Positions 18,014-28,845 are shown, counted from the first letter of the stretch. The stretch is 64,000 nt of DNA from Pseudomonadota bacterium (GCA_052387815.1 JBQTIU010000049.1:1670-65669), one strand, 5' to 3'. Numbers and translations: made by a program. The notes: generated by a model from the letters alone, not told the origin.

Positions 18014-20282
18014 GGATCGCCGCCTTTGCTGGCGCCGGCTCGCTCGCGCGCGGCGTGGCCTCGCGGCCAGCGCCGAAGACCAGGCTGACACGCGCCCCGC
18101 CACCCGGCCGGTCGGCGAGCACCAATTCGCCGCCGTGATCTTCCATGATTTTCTTGACGATTGCCAGCCCGAGCCCGGTCCCCTTCGCGCGGGTGGTGAC
18201 GTAGGGCTCGGTCAGGCGCTCGCGGTCGCCCCCCGGCAGGCCCTTGCCATTGTCCTCGACCGTGATCGCCACGCGTTCATGCTCGTCGATGAGGCACACG
18301 GAAATGCGGCCGGGCGGCGGCTTGCCCTCGCTTGCCGCCAGGCGTCCGTCGATGGCGTCGAGCGCGTTCTGGATGAGGTTGGCGAGCGCCTGGCCGATCT
18401 GCCGGGAATCGACCGACCGGCGCACCGGCCGATCGGGTATCTCGGTTTCGAACTCGATCTCGGGTCGGGCCGTGCGCTGGAGGAAGACGGTGTGGCGGAT
18501 GAGCTCGACCAGGTCCTCCTCGCGCATGGTCGGGGCCGGCATGCGGGCGAAGGACGAGAACTCGTCGACCATGCGACCGATATCGGCCACCTGGCGGACG
18601 ATGGTTTCGACGCAGACCCGGAAGGTCTCGGGATCGCTCACGATCTCGGTGAGATACTTGCGCTTGAGCCGCTCGGCCGAAAGCTGGATCGGGGTCAGCG
18701 GATTCTTGATCTCATGGGCGATGCGGCGGGCGACGTCGGCCCACGCCGCCTTGCGCTGGGCGGCCTCGAGCTCGGTGATATCGTCGAAGGTGACGACGAA
18801 GCCGATGGTCCCGCCCTCGAACCGCTCGGCGGCGATGCGCACGACGAGCATCCGCCGTTTGCCGCCGCCCAGCACCGCGGTCTCGCCGTGGACGAAGCGC
18901 TCGGGCGCCACCCGCGCGGCATCAAGGAGCGCTGCCATCTCGGGCACGACGGCGCGAAAATCGTGGCCGATCCGGCGGTCGAGATCGACCGCGAGCAGCG
19001 TCGAGGCGGAGCGGTTGGGGAGGTTGATGCGGCCCTCGGCGTCGAGCCCGATGACGCCCGCCGAGACGCCGGACAACACCGCCTCGGTGAAGCGACGGCG
19101 GTCGTCGAGCTGGCGGTTGGCGCCCACCAGCTCGCGCCGCTGGGCCTCGATCTGGCTGGTCATGCGGTTGAACGCCCGCGACAGGGTGCCGAGCTCGTCA
19201 TCGGCCGGGTCCTCGTCGACGCGCGCCGCAAGGTCGCCCGCGCGGACCCGTTCGGCGGCGCCGATCAGCGCGCCGATCGGACGGGCCAGCCGGTTGGCGA
19301 GTCCGAGACCGACCCACACCGCTGCCATCAGCAGCAGAAGGGCGACCACCATGAACATCATGGCGAAGGTGATCTGCAGCCCCGAGCGCTTGCCCTCCAG
19401 ACTCTCGTAAGCCGCGACGGCTTCGCGCGTGCGGTCGAAATGCGCCACCACGCGGGCCTCGACGAATCGCCCGACCAACAGGAAGAGGCTGTCGAAGCTT
19501 TCGAGAACCATGAGGGCGCGCACGCGGTCGCCGAGCGGCGCCGAGGTATGGTCGGCGTCCGGATTCAACAGCACGAGATTGCCGGCCCGCGCCCGCTCGA
19601 TCGCCCAGCTCGGCACGACTTCGAATTCGAGCGACAAGGTGAGCCCGGTGCGAGCCAAAACGCGCCCGCGCTCGTCGAAGACCACGACCTCGGGCAGCGA
19701 ACGGAGCGCCGCCTGGGTGCTCACGAACTGGTTGAAGCGCCGCGGGTTGGCGAGCAGCGCCGGTCCCTCGCGGTTGAGGTCGGTGGCCATCGCCAGGATG
19801 TCGGCGCGGATCGTGTTGCGGTGCTCCTCGAGATAGGCCTCGGCCACTGCCAAGGATTCGCTGAGCGCCACGCGCACGCGTTCGCTGAACCAGGCCTCAA
19901 CGCCCAAATTGAAGAACAACCCCGAGAAGATCGCCACCACGATCGCCGGTGCCGCAGCAAGCGCGCTGAACAGGACCACCAGGCGAACGTGCAGCTTCGA
20001 GCCGGCGGACCCGCGCCGGCGCTCGACCCACAACTGCACGATGCGCCGCGCGACCACCGCGCCCAAGAGCAGCAGCAGCACCAGATCGAGGTTGAGAAGG
20101 AGAAGGACAGTTCGCGGATTGGGGGCGAGTTCCTCGCCCGTGAGTGCCCCGTAAGTGGCGAAACCCGAGGCGACCGCGGCGGCGGCCAGTCCGAAAGCGA
20201 GCTTGCGCGACAGCCCGACTCGGGTCACCCAATTGCGCAACCGCTCGACGCCGCTCGAACCGGCCGCCGGCGCCTCGCTCAT
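18003..20282 (-). CDS. ntrY: sensor histidine kinase NtrY
   Basis: 759 aa with N-terminal TM segments, HAMP, PAS, H-box (ARRIAHEIKNPLTPI) and HATPase domain. Overlaps the ntrX start by 11 nt. Confidence 0.9.
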   Translation of the reverse strand: MSEAPAAGSSGVERLRNWVTRVGLSRKLAFGLAAAAVASGFATYGALTGEELAPNPRTVLLLLNLDLVLLLLLGAVVARRIVQLWVERRRGSAGSKLHVRLVVLFSALAAAPAIVVAIFSGLFFNLGVEAWFSERVRVALSESLAVAEAYLEEHRNTIRADILAMATDLNREGPALLANPRRFNQFVSTQAALRSLPEVVVFDERGRVLARTGLTLSLEFEVVPSWAIERARAGNLVLLNPDADHTSAPLGDRVRALMVLESFDSLFLLVGRFVEARVVAHFDRTREAVAAYESLEGKRSGLQITFAMMFMVVALLLLMAAVWVGLGLANRLARPIGALIGAAERVRAGDLAARVDEDPADDELGTLSRAFNRMTSQIEAQRRELVGANRQLDDRRRFTEAVLSGVSAGVIGLDAEGRINLPNRSASTLLAVDLDRRIGHDFRAVVPEMAALLDAARVAPERFVHGETAVLGGGKRRMLVVRIAAERFEGGTIGFVVTFDDITELEAAQRKAAWADVARRIAHEIKNPLTPIQLSAERLKRKYLTEIVSDPETFRVCVETIVRQVADIGRMVDEFSSFARMPAPTMREEDLVELIRHTVFLQRTARPEIEFETEIPDRPVRRSVDSRQIGQALANLIQNALDAIDGRLAASEGKPPPGRISVCLIDEHERVAITVEDNGKGLPGGDRERLTEPYVTTRAKGTGLGLAIVKKIMEDHGGELVLADRPGGGARVSLVFGAGREATPRASEPAPAKAAIHGL

Positions 20283-20352
20283 CCGCGAAGCCTCCGCCGC
20301 CGGTCAAGCGCGACCGGCGCCGCGAAGGTTTGGGCGCCCCGGGGGCCGGCGA

Positions 20353-21786
<1,434 letters not shown>

Positions 21787-21793
21787 GTTCGCC

Positions 21794-22906
21794 CTATTCC
21801 ATTTGCATCTCGCCCGCGATGGGCAGCATGACGCGAAACACGGTTCGCCGCGGCTGGCTGTCGAACTCGATGACCCCGCCGTGATCGCCGATCAGCTTGG
21901 CGACCAGCGCCAGGCCGAGGCCGGTGCCGCCCGCCTTGGTGGTGACGAAGGGATCGAACAGATGCGGCCGGATGTCCTCGGGAACGCCCTCGCCGTTGTC
22001 CTGGACGCTGACCACGAGCGGCAGCAGCAGCCGGCGCTCGCCGCCCGGCACCGCCAATCTCAATCCGTGCTGATAGGCGGTGGCGAGCGCGATCTCGCCG
22101 CCGGCTTGCGGCACCGCCTCGGCGGCGTTCTTGACGAGGTTGAGAAACACCTGCACGAGCTGGTCGCGGTTGCCGAGCACCGGCGGCAGCGAGGGGTCGT
22201 AACTCTCGGCGAATCGAACTTGGCGTGCGAACCCGGCCTGCGCCACTTTGCGGACGTGCTCGAGCACGCGATGGATGTTGACCGGCCCACGTGCCAGCGG
22301 CTGGCCTTCCGAGAATATCTCCATCCGGTCGACGAGCACGCAGATGCGGTCGGCCTCGTCGCAAATCAAGCGGGTGAGCTCGCGATCCCGGGCCGCGGCC
22401 GACTGTTCGAGGAGCTGGGCGGCGCCGCGGATGCCGGAGAGCGGGTTCTTGACCTCGTGCGCCAGCATCGCCGCCATCGCCGTGAGCGAACGCGCGGCGC
22501 TGCGGTGGACGAGCTGACGGCCGATCTTGCGCGCGATCGATCGCTCATGGATCGACACCACGACGGTCTCGCCGGTCTCGGCCAAGGGCGCCGCCTGGAG
22601 CATGACGAAACGCGGGCCGACGCGCGGCGTATCCAGCGTCACGCCGTCCTCGGACACGGTGGTGCCCGATTGGCGGACCTGCCGGAGGACGGCGAAGAGC
22701 GGGCTGTCGGGCGGCAGGAACTCGGCCAGCTTCTTGCCGCAGAGATGGGCGGCGCCGGCGTCGAAAAACTGTTCGGCGGCCGGGTTGACCTGCTCGATCA
22801 CATTCCCCGGGCCGACCACAAGCACCGCGTCGGGCAGCGCGCCGAGGACCGCGGCGGGCTCGATCGGCGCCCGCGGCAGGGCCAGCTTGCCTGCAGCCCG
22901 CGCCAT
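21794..22906 (-). CDS. ntrB: nitrogen regulation sensor kinase NtrB
   Basis: PAS domain plus H-box ([13 protein letters not shown]) plus HATPase domain. ATG 22904-22906 overlaps the dusB stop by 1 nt. Confidence 0.85.
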   Translation of the reverse strand: MARAAGKLALPRAPIEPAAVLGALPDAVLVVGPGNVIEQVNPAAEQFFDAGAAHLCGKKLAEFLPPDSPLFAVLRQVRQSGTTVSEDGVTLDTPRVGPRFVMLQAAPLAETGETVVVSIHERSIARKIGRQLVHRSAARSLTAMAAMLAHEVKNPLSGIRGAAQLLEQSAAARDRELTRLICDEADRICVLVDRMEIFSEGQPLARGPVNIHRVLEHVRKVAQAGFARQVRFAESYDPSLPPVLGNRDQLVQVFLNLVKNAAEAVPQAGGEIALATAYQHGLRLAVPGGERRLLLPLVVSVQDNGEGVPEDIRPHLFDPFVTTKAGGTGLGLALVAKLIGDHGGVIEFDSQPRRTVFRVMLPIAGEMQME

Positions 22907-23907
22907 CACGCGGCGGCCCGCAGCTCGGCCGGCCGCTCGGCCGCCGCCTGGAAGGCCGCGCACACGGCCTCGCGCACGTCTTCAGGATCGGCCAGGGTCA
23001 TCACCCGGGCCCGGAATTCGGCTGCGCCGGGGAAGCCCTTGGCGTACCAGCCGAGATGCTTGCGCGCCATCTTGGCGCCGGTATTGGTCCCATAATGGGA
23101 CAGGATGGCGTCGTAATGCTCGAGCACGATCTCCATCCGGCGCGCCAGCGGCGGATCGGGGAGGGGCTCGCCGGCCTTAAACACGTGCATGGCCTGGGCG
23201 ATGAACCACGGCCTGCCGCAGGCGCCGCGACCGATCATCACCGCGTCCGCCCCCGACCGCGCGAAGGCCGTGCGCACGCCGTCGGCAGTCACGATGTCGC
23301 CGTTGCAGACCACCGGGATCGACACCTCATCCTTGACCTGGCGGATGAACGCCCAGTCGGCCTTGCCGTCATAGAACTGGCAGCGCGTGCGCCCATGGAT
23401 CGACAGCATCTTGATGCCGCACTCCTCGGCAATCCGGGCCAGCCGCGGCGCGTTGCGCGAGGCGTCGTCCCAGCCGGTACGCATCTTGAGGGTCACCGGC
23501 AGCCGGACCGCGTTCACCGTCGCCTCGAGGATCTTCGCGGCCTTGACCTCGTCGCGCATCAACGCCGAGCCGGCATGCCCGCCGACCACTTTCTTGACCG
23601 GGCAGCCGAAATTGATGTCGATGATCGCCGCGCCGCGGTCCTCGTTGAGCTTGGCCGCCTCGGCCATCACCTCGGGCTCGCAGCCGGCGAGCTGGACGGC
23701 CATCGGGAACTCCTCCGGCGTGTTGGCGGCCATCAGCAGCGATCGCCTGGTCTCGCGGACCATCGCTTGGCTGGCGATCATCTCCGACACCACCAGCCCG
23801 GCGCCCCAGCTTTTGACCAGGCGCCGAAACGGCAGGTCGGTAATCCCCGACATCGGCGCCAGGATCACCGGGGCCGACAGCTCGACCGAACCGATTTTGA
23901 TGCCCAT
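22906..23907 (-). CDS. dusB: tRNA-dihydrouridine synthase B (NifR3)
   Basis: [28 protein letters not shown]...[11 protein letters not shown]. First gene of the nifR3-ntrBC-ntrYX block. Confidence 0.9.
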   Translation of the reverse strand: MGIKIGSVELSAPVILAPMSGITDLPFRRLVKSWGAGLVVSEMIASQAMVRETRRSLLMAANTPEEFPMAVQLAGCEPEVMAEAAKLNEDRGAAIIDINFGCPVKKVVGGHAGSALMRDEVKAAKILEATVNAVRLPVTLKMRTGWDDASRNAPRLARIAEECGIKMLSIHGRTRCQFYDGKADWAFIRQVKDEVSIPVVCNGDIVTADGVRTAFARSGADAVMIGRGACGRPWFIAQAMHVFKAGEPLPDPPLARRMEIVLEHYDAILSHYGTNTGAKMARKHLGWYAKGFPGAAEFRARVMTLADPEDVREAVCAAFQAAAERPAELRAAA

Positions 23908-23987
23908 TAAATAGGCGGTCCCGCTTATTGATTAATGATTGGGCATATTACCCCGGACTGCGATCCTCTGGCAACATACAAGCCGGT

Positions 23988-24794
23988 TCATCCGATCAGC
24001 ACGTCGGTGACGAATTTTACGCCGGGATAGGCGAGAGTCAGCAGCAGATAGGCGAGCAGGACATAGCGGGCGCCGCGCCGGCCGCCGAGCCCGCTGCGGT
24101 AGTGGAACCACAGCAGGGCGGCGATCATCGCGAAGGCCAGCAGCGAGAGCACGGTCTTGTGGTCGAGCCGCAGCAGCGAGCGGTGTTCGAGCCAGCCGAT
24201 CGACATGCCGGTGGCCAGCGCCGCGGCGAGGACCGCCCAACTCGCCAACAGCAATTTCGCCTGCAAGGCCTCGCCGTCGGCAACCGACGGCAACTGCCGG
24301 GTAAAGGCGTTCGGCCGCTTGCTCCTGAGCGCGCGCTCCTGGAGGAATACGCCGGTCCCGGCCACCGCGGCCAGCGTGAGCAGGCCGTAGGCGACGACGG
24401 CCACGAGGATGTGGGCCTGCAGCCACGACGCCGGCGCGGCTCCGAGGGGCCGCTCGGGCGCATGGTGCCAAATCGTCGCCAACATGCCGAGCAGGAACAG
24501 ATAGCCGAGCAACAACGGCGCCAAGCGCCAAGCATGGCGGTCGGTCGCGGCGAGGACGGCGAACAGGATCATGCTGACGGCAATCGACAGCCACAGCGCG
24601 GCGGCGAGCCCGGTGCGCCATGCTTCGGCGAGCTGGACGGCCACCCAGGCGCAGGGGCCGGCGGTGGCAACGACGATGAGCGCCCAGAACAGCCCGTCGC
24701 GGGCCTCGCTCCCGCCGCGGCGCGCCACCGGGATGAGCGCCGCCGGGATGAGCGCCGCCAACGCCGACAGGCTCAACAACAGCGAATTCGACAT
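23988..24794 (-). CDS. cytochrome c assembly (CcsA/YpjD-like) family inner membrane protein
   Basis: 268 aa, about 8 TM segments. The C-terminal half resembles the YpjD/CcsA family (HILVAVVAYGLLTLAAV...FLQERALRSKRP). Confidence 0.65.
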   Translation of the reverse strand: MSNSLLLSLSALAALIPAALIPVARRGGSEARDGLFWALIVVATAGPCAWVAVQLAEAWRTGLAAALWLSIAVSMILFAVLAATDRHAWRLAPLLLGYLFLLGMLATIWHHAPERPLGAAPASWLQAHILVAVVAYGLLTLAAVAGTGVFLQERALRSKRPNAFTRQLPSVADGEALQAKLLLASWAVLAAALATGMSIGWLEHRSLLRLDHKTVLSLLAFAMIAALLWFHYRSGLGGRRGARYVLLAYLLLTLAYPGVKFVTDVLIG

Positions 24795-24827
24795 GCCGGG
24801 AATATAACCTGCCGGTTCGCCGCTGGC

Positions 24828-25460
24828 CTAGGCCTTCAGGGCCTCCAACACAGCCGCAGGCGCACGCTCGATCGCCATCAGGATCGCGCGCGCCGGCCCC
24901 TCGGGCACACGGCGTCCCTGCTCCCAGTTGCGGAGCGTGTGCGGGCTGATGCGGACGGCACGCGCGAAACGCGCCTGGCTCAACTTCGTTTTGGCTCGAA
25001 TCGCCGCGACGTCGGCGGGCCGAACGATCTTCGCCCGGCCGTCCTTGATGCGTTTGGCCACGTCCTCGAGAATGGGCCCTGCATCGGGATTGCGGGCGAG
25101 CTGCCGCGCAATATCGGCATCCGTCATCGCATCGACGCTCGTCCCGTCGACCGCGGCGAGCGCCTTGCGCGCCGCAGCCTCGGTGGGCCTAGCGATCGCT
25201 TCGAGGTAGTCATCGGTTTCCTTATGGTTGGCCTTGCGCAGGGAAATGATCCGGCGGCGGTCGCTGCCACATGTATAGGTGCGGTAGAAGACCCTGCCGT
25301 TGATCGTTCCCAGCGCGTCGATGCGGGACTCCCCGTGCTCGCGCCGATCGTCGATGGTCTCGACGGTGACGCTCTCGAACATGAACTCGGCCAACGCCAG
25401 CGGGATCCCGTGCTTGGCGATGATCCTCTCGTTCTTCGCCGCATCGAATTCGATGTTCAT
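24828..25460 (-). CDS. fused BrnT-like toxin / BrnA(DUF4415)-like / XRE-type HTH antitoxin polypeptide
   Basis: aa 1-~90: MNIEFDAAKNERIIAKHGIPLALAEFMF...RIISLRKANHKE (BrnT/DUF497 pattern). Middle: MTDADIARQLARNPDAGP (BrnA/DUF4415-like). C-terminus: LSQARFARAVRISPHTLRNWEQGRRVPEGPARAILMAIERAPAAVLEAL (COG2944/MqsA-like HTH). One uninterrupted 210-aa ORF. Confidence 0.7.
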   Translation of the reverse strand: MNIEFDAAKNERIIAKHGIPLALAEFMFESVTVETIDDRREHGESRIDALGTINGRVFYRTYTCGSDRRRIISLRKANHKETDDYLEAIARPTEAAARKALAAVDGTSVDAMTDADIARQLARNPDAGPILEDVAKRIKDGRAKIVRPADVAAIRAKTKLSQARFARAVRISPHTLRNWEQGRRVPEGPARAILMAIERAPAAVLEALKA

Positions 25461-25547
25461 CCCCTATGTACGCCATTGGCTTACCTAGGTCAATGGCGTA
25501 GATCGCGGTCTCGGGGCCCGCGCCGAGGCGGGCCTAGCGAGCTTGCC

Positions 25548-25835
25548 CTACACCCCCTCGATGGCCACTATGTCCATGCGCGCCGCCCCCGCCCGGGCGC
25601 GGCGGGCGGCCGTATACTCGACCGAGGTGTAGAAATTCCTTGCCTGGTCGAGGGACGGGAATTCGAAGATCACCAATCGGGCGGGCTTCCAGTCGCCTTC
25701 GAGGACCGCCGTCGTCCCGCCGCGCGCCAGATAGCGGCCGCCGTACTTGGCGACCGCCGCCTGGGCGAGGGGTTTGTAGGCCTCGTATTTGGCCGCGTCG
25801 GTGACTTCGACCTCGACCACCACATAGGCCGCCAT
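25548..25835 (-). CDS. DUF1330 domain protein
   Basis: MAAYVVVEVEVTDAAKYEAYKPLAQAAVAKYGGRYLARGG...VIFEFPSLDQARNFYTSVEY. 95 aa, a dimeric alpha-beta-barrel-like family. ATG at 25833-25835. Confidence 0.75.
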   Translation of the reverse strand: MAAYVVVEVEVTDAAKYEAYKPLAQAAVAKYGGRYLARGGTTAVLEGDWKPARLVIFEFPSLDQARNFYTSVEYTAARRARAGAARMDIVAIEGV

Positions 25836-25902
25836 TTTTTGTCCCTCGGTTCCGGTTTGCCTGCTAACGTGCCGAAGATTAGCGGCTGGCCCGGGTAGGT
25901 CA

Positions 25903-26157
25903 ATGATGGGATGGGTTGCGCTCGCGGTGGCGGCCGGGCGCGGCGGGCGGGTCGCGCTTGCCGACTTGACGATGGTCTGCGAGCGGCTGCGGAACGGCCC
26001 CGACCGCGCGGCGATGGTCGCCCGCCTCGCGGAAATGCTGCGCCTCGAGCCGGAGCGCTGCTCGGTCAAGGCGACGACGACCGGCGGCCTCGGCTTCGCC
26101 GGCCGCGCCGCGGGCGTCGCCGCGCCGGCGGTCGCCACGTTGCGCCTTCCCGCATGA
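25903..26157 (+). pseudogene. ispF: 3'-terminal remnant of ispF/ispDF (MEcPP synthase)
   Basis: The translation ...GGRVALADLTMVCERLRNGPDRAAMVARLAEMLRLEPERCSVKATTTGGLGFAGRAAGVAAPAVATL aligns with the last ~65 aa of IspF (E. coli ...[20 protein letters not shown]...[28 protein letters not shown]). Conserved residues are changed (TTE to TTG, GRGEG to GRAAG). No N-terminal part exists upstream. The stop overlaps the pgpA ATG. Confidence 0.75.
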
Positions 26158-26684
26158 GGCTCAAGCTCGTCCCCGGGGCGCTGCCGGCCGGGATATCATT
26201 CTGGCATCCGGCGAGCCTGATCGCGACCTGGTTCGGGACCGGCTTCGCGCCGCTTGGCGCGGGCAGTTGGGGCTCGCTCGCGGCGCTGCCCGCCGCCTGG
26301 ATCGTCGATCGCGCCTTGGGCGCGCCAGGCCTCGCCGCCGCTGCCGGCGTGGCGGCGCTCGCCGGCTGGTGGGCGGCGGAGGTCGTCGACGTCCGCGCGC
26401 GCGAGCGCGATCCCGGCCTGATCGTCATCGACGAAGTTGCCGGCATGTTCCTGACGCTGGTCTTCGCGCCGCCCACCTGGTGGGGTTACGCCAGCGCCTT
26501 CGTCCTGTTCCGCATCGCCGACATCCTCAAGCCCTTCCCCGCCAACTGGTGCGAGGCCAACGTCGAAGGCGGGCTCGGCGTGATGCTCGACGATCTCGTC
26601 GCCGCGCTCTACGCCGGGGCGGGGACGTGGTTCGCTTCTGAATTCATCCTGCGCCAGTATGTCGTCCCCCTCCTTCCGTTCTAA
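26154..26684 (+). CDS. pgpA: phosphatidylglycerophosphatase A
   Basis: MRLKLVPG...SLIATWFGTGFAPLGAGSWGSLAALP...IVIDEVAGM...FRIADILKPFP. PgpA family. ATGA overlap with the ispF remnant. Confidence 0.9.
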   Translation: MRLKLVPGALPAGISFWHPASLIATWFGTGFAPLGAGSWGSLAALPAAWIVDRALGAPGLAAAAGVAALAGWWAAEVVDVRARERDPGLIVIDEVAGMFLTLVFAPPTWWGYASAFVLFRIADILKPFPANWCEANVEGGLGVMLDDLVAALYAGAGTWFASEFILRQYVVPLLPF

Positions 26685-27150
26685 GGCCGAGGCCGTGCTC
26701 GACGCCTGCCGGCGCCGCGGCCTCAAGCTCGCCACCGCCGAGTCTTGCACCGGCGGGCTGATCGCCGCCGCGCTGACCGAGATCGCCGGCGCCTCCGACG
26801 TTGTCGAGCGCGGCTTCGTCACCTATTCGAACGCCGCCAAGACCGAGATGCTCGGCGTCGGCGCCGATCTCATCGCCCGCTGCGGAGCGGTGAGCGAGGA
26901 GGTCGCCCGCGCCATGGCCGAAGGGGCGCTGGCGCGCGCGCCCGCCGACCTCGCGGTCTCGGCCACCGGCATCGCCGGGCCAAGCGGCGCCACCCCCGAG
27001 AAGCCGGTCGGCCTCGTCCACCTCGCCTGGGCGCGCCGTGGCAGGCCGCCCGTCCACTGCGCCCGCGTGTTCGCGGGCGACCGGGCGGCGGTGCGCACGG
27101 CCTCCGTCGACCTGGCGCTTGACATGGTGAGCGCGCGAGTCGACGATTGA
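26659..27150 (+). CDS. pncC: CinA C-terminal domain / nicotinamide-nucleotide amidohydrolase PncC
   Basis: LATAESCTGGLIAAALTEIAGASDV...GFVTYSNAAKTEMLGV...ATGIAGPSG. 163 aa. Confidence 0.9.
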   Translation: MSSPSFRSKAEAVLDACRRRGLKLATAESCTGGLIAAALTEIAGASDVVERGFVTYSNAAKTEMLGVGADLIARCGAVSEEVARAMAEGALARAPADLAVSATGIAGPSGATPEKPVGLVHLAWARRGRPPVHCARVFAGDRAAVRTASVDLALDMVSARVDD

Positions 27151-27179
27151 GCCGCGGTTTCGCGCAGGGAGAGCCAACC

Positions 27180-28211
27180 ATGTCGAGACGGAACCGGGCG
27201 CTGTGCCTCCTCGCGCTCGCGGCGCTCGCGCTGGGCGCCGGCCCGGCGAATGCGCAAGGCAGCCTCACGCTTTACTGCAGCTCCGAGGAGCAGTGGTGCC
27301 GCGCCATGGTCGTCGCCTTCGAGCAGGCGACCGGCGTCAAGGTGGCGATGACCCGCAAGAGCTCGGGCGAGACCTACGCCCAGCTCAAGGCCGAGGCCAC
27401 GAACCCGCGCGGCGACGTGTGGTGAGGCGGCACCGGCGACCCGCACATGCAGGCGGCGAACGACGGGTTGACCGAAGCCTACAAGTCCCCGCGCCTCGCC
27501 GAGCTGCACGATTGGGCGGTCCGCCAGGCCGAGCAGTCCGGCTATCGCACCGTCGGCGTGTACGCGGGCGCGCTCGGGTTCAGCTTCAACAAGGACCTGC
27601 TCGCCCGCAAGGGCGCGCCCGAGCCCAGGTGCTGGGCCGACTTGCTTGCGCCCCCCTTGGCGGGCGAGGTGCAGGTTGCCGACCCCAACTCCTCGGGCAC
27701 CGCCTACACGATGATCGCGACCCTCGTGCAGCTCATGGGCGAGGACCGGGCCTTCGACTACCTGAAGAAGCTCCACCGCAACGTGAACCAATACACCGTT
27801 TCCGGCACCGCGCCGGCGCGTGCCGTGGCGCTCGGCGAGACGCTCGTCGGCATCACGTTCATGGACGAGGCGATCACCCAGGCGTCGAAGGGCGCGCCGA
27901 TGAAGGTCGTGGCGCCCTGCGAGGGCACGGGCTACGCCATCGGCTCGATGAGCATCGTCAAGGGCGCGCGCAGCCTCGACAACGCCAAGCGCTGGCTGGA
28001 CTGGGCGCTGTCGGCGGAAGCGCAGGCGATCGGCGTGCAGCAGGGACAGTTCCAGGTGCCGTCGAACAAGCAGGTGCCGGCCGCGCCGCTCGCGCCCAGG
28101 CTCGAGGAGACGAAGCTCATCGACTACGACTTCGCCAAATACGGCGCGTCGGCGGAACGACGGCGACTGCTCGCCAAGTGGACGACCGAGGTCAAGTCGC
28201 TGCCGAAATAG
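27180..28211 (+). pseudogene. ABC transporter periplasmic solute-binding protein (Fe3+/family-1 type) interrupted by an in-frame TGA
   Basis: ORFs 27147-27425 and 27447-28211 are in the same frame. The first has a signal peptide (MSRRNRALCLLALAALALGAGPANAQG) and ends ...NPRGDVW*. The text continues GGTGDPHMQAANDG..., i.e. the conserved DVWWGGTGDP motif with its second Trp codon read as TGA (27423-27425). No permease or ATPase genes are adjacent. Confidence 0.75.
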
Positions 28212-28348
28212 TCGGCGGACCGTTCCTTCCCGAAATCGCTTTCGCCGGCCTCTTCCAGCGCCCCGTGCCCCACCGCGCGCGCCGCCCTCGACCAGGCATC
28301 CGCCGAGGCGCCCCGGTTGCGATTTTCGTCCCTTGCCGGGGTGCGGCC

Positions 28349-28834
28349 CTAGGCTCGTTCGGGCTGGCGCTCGGGCGCCGGGCGCGGGCCGTAGAGCGCG
28401 TGCGCGCGGGCCTCGAAAGCGCGCACCATGCGCTTGACCGCTTCGTTGAACAGCACGCCCATCATGGTTTGCATGAGCCTCGAGTGGAACTCGAAATCGA
28501 CGTAGAAATCGATCAGCGTGCCGCCCGCCGGACACACGGGGGTCGGCGGCTGCCGCTCGAAGATCCAGTGGTTGTTGAGATAGCGGAGCGGCCCGTGGGT
28601 GTAGGCGACATCGACGCGGTCGGGCGGGGAGAGCGTGACGCGCGAGGTGAAGCGCTCGCGGATCATCTTGAAGCCGATTACCAGATCGGCAGTGAGTACG
28701 TTGCCCTCGTGCGAACGCACGCGCGCCGCGAGGCACCAGGGCAGGAACTCGGGATAGCGCTCGACCCCGGCGACGAGGTCGAAGAGCTCCCGCTGGGTGT
28801 AGGGCAGAATTCGCTTCTCGGCGTGGGTGGGCAA
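28349..28834 (-). CDS. SRPBCC / RatA (COQ10-like) family protein
   Basis: (L)PTHAEKRILPYTQRELFDLVAGVERYPEFLPWC... Typical RatA/COQ10 START-fold protein, conserved downstream of lipA. Presumed TTG start at 28832-28834, 11 nt after the lipA stop (start uncertain). Confidence 0.8.
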   Translation of the reverse strand: MPTHAEKRILPYTQRELFDLVAGVERYPEFLPWCLAARVRSHEGNVLTADLVIGFKMIRERFTSRVTLSPPDRVDVAYTHGPLRYLNNHWIFERQPPTPVCPAGGTLIDFYVDFEFHSRLMQTMMGVLFNEAVKRMVRAFEARAHALYGPRPAPERQPERA

Positions 28835-28845
28835 GCGCGGGGGGC

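Noticed and set aside
28349-28834. RatA 'toxin' as part of a toxin-antitoxin system.
   Set aside because: No antitoxin-sized ORF is adjacent. This SRPBCC/COQ10-like gene is a conserved neighbour of lipA in alphaproteobacteria, so it is treated as core metabolism rather than a TA module.
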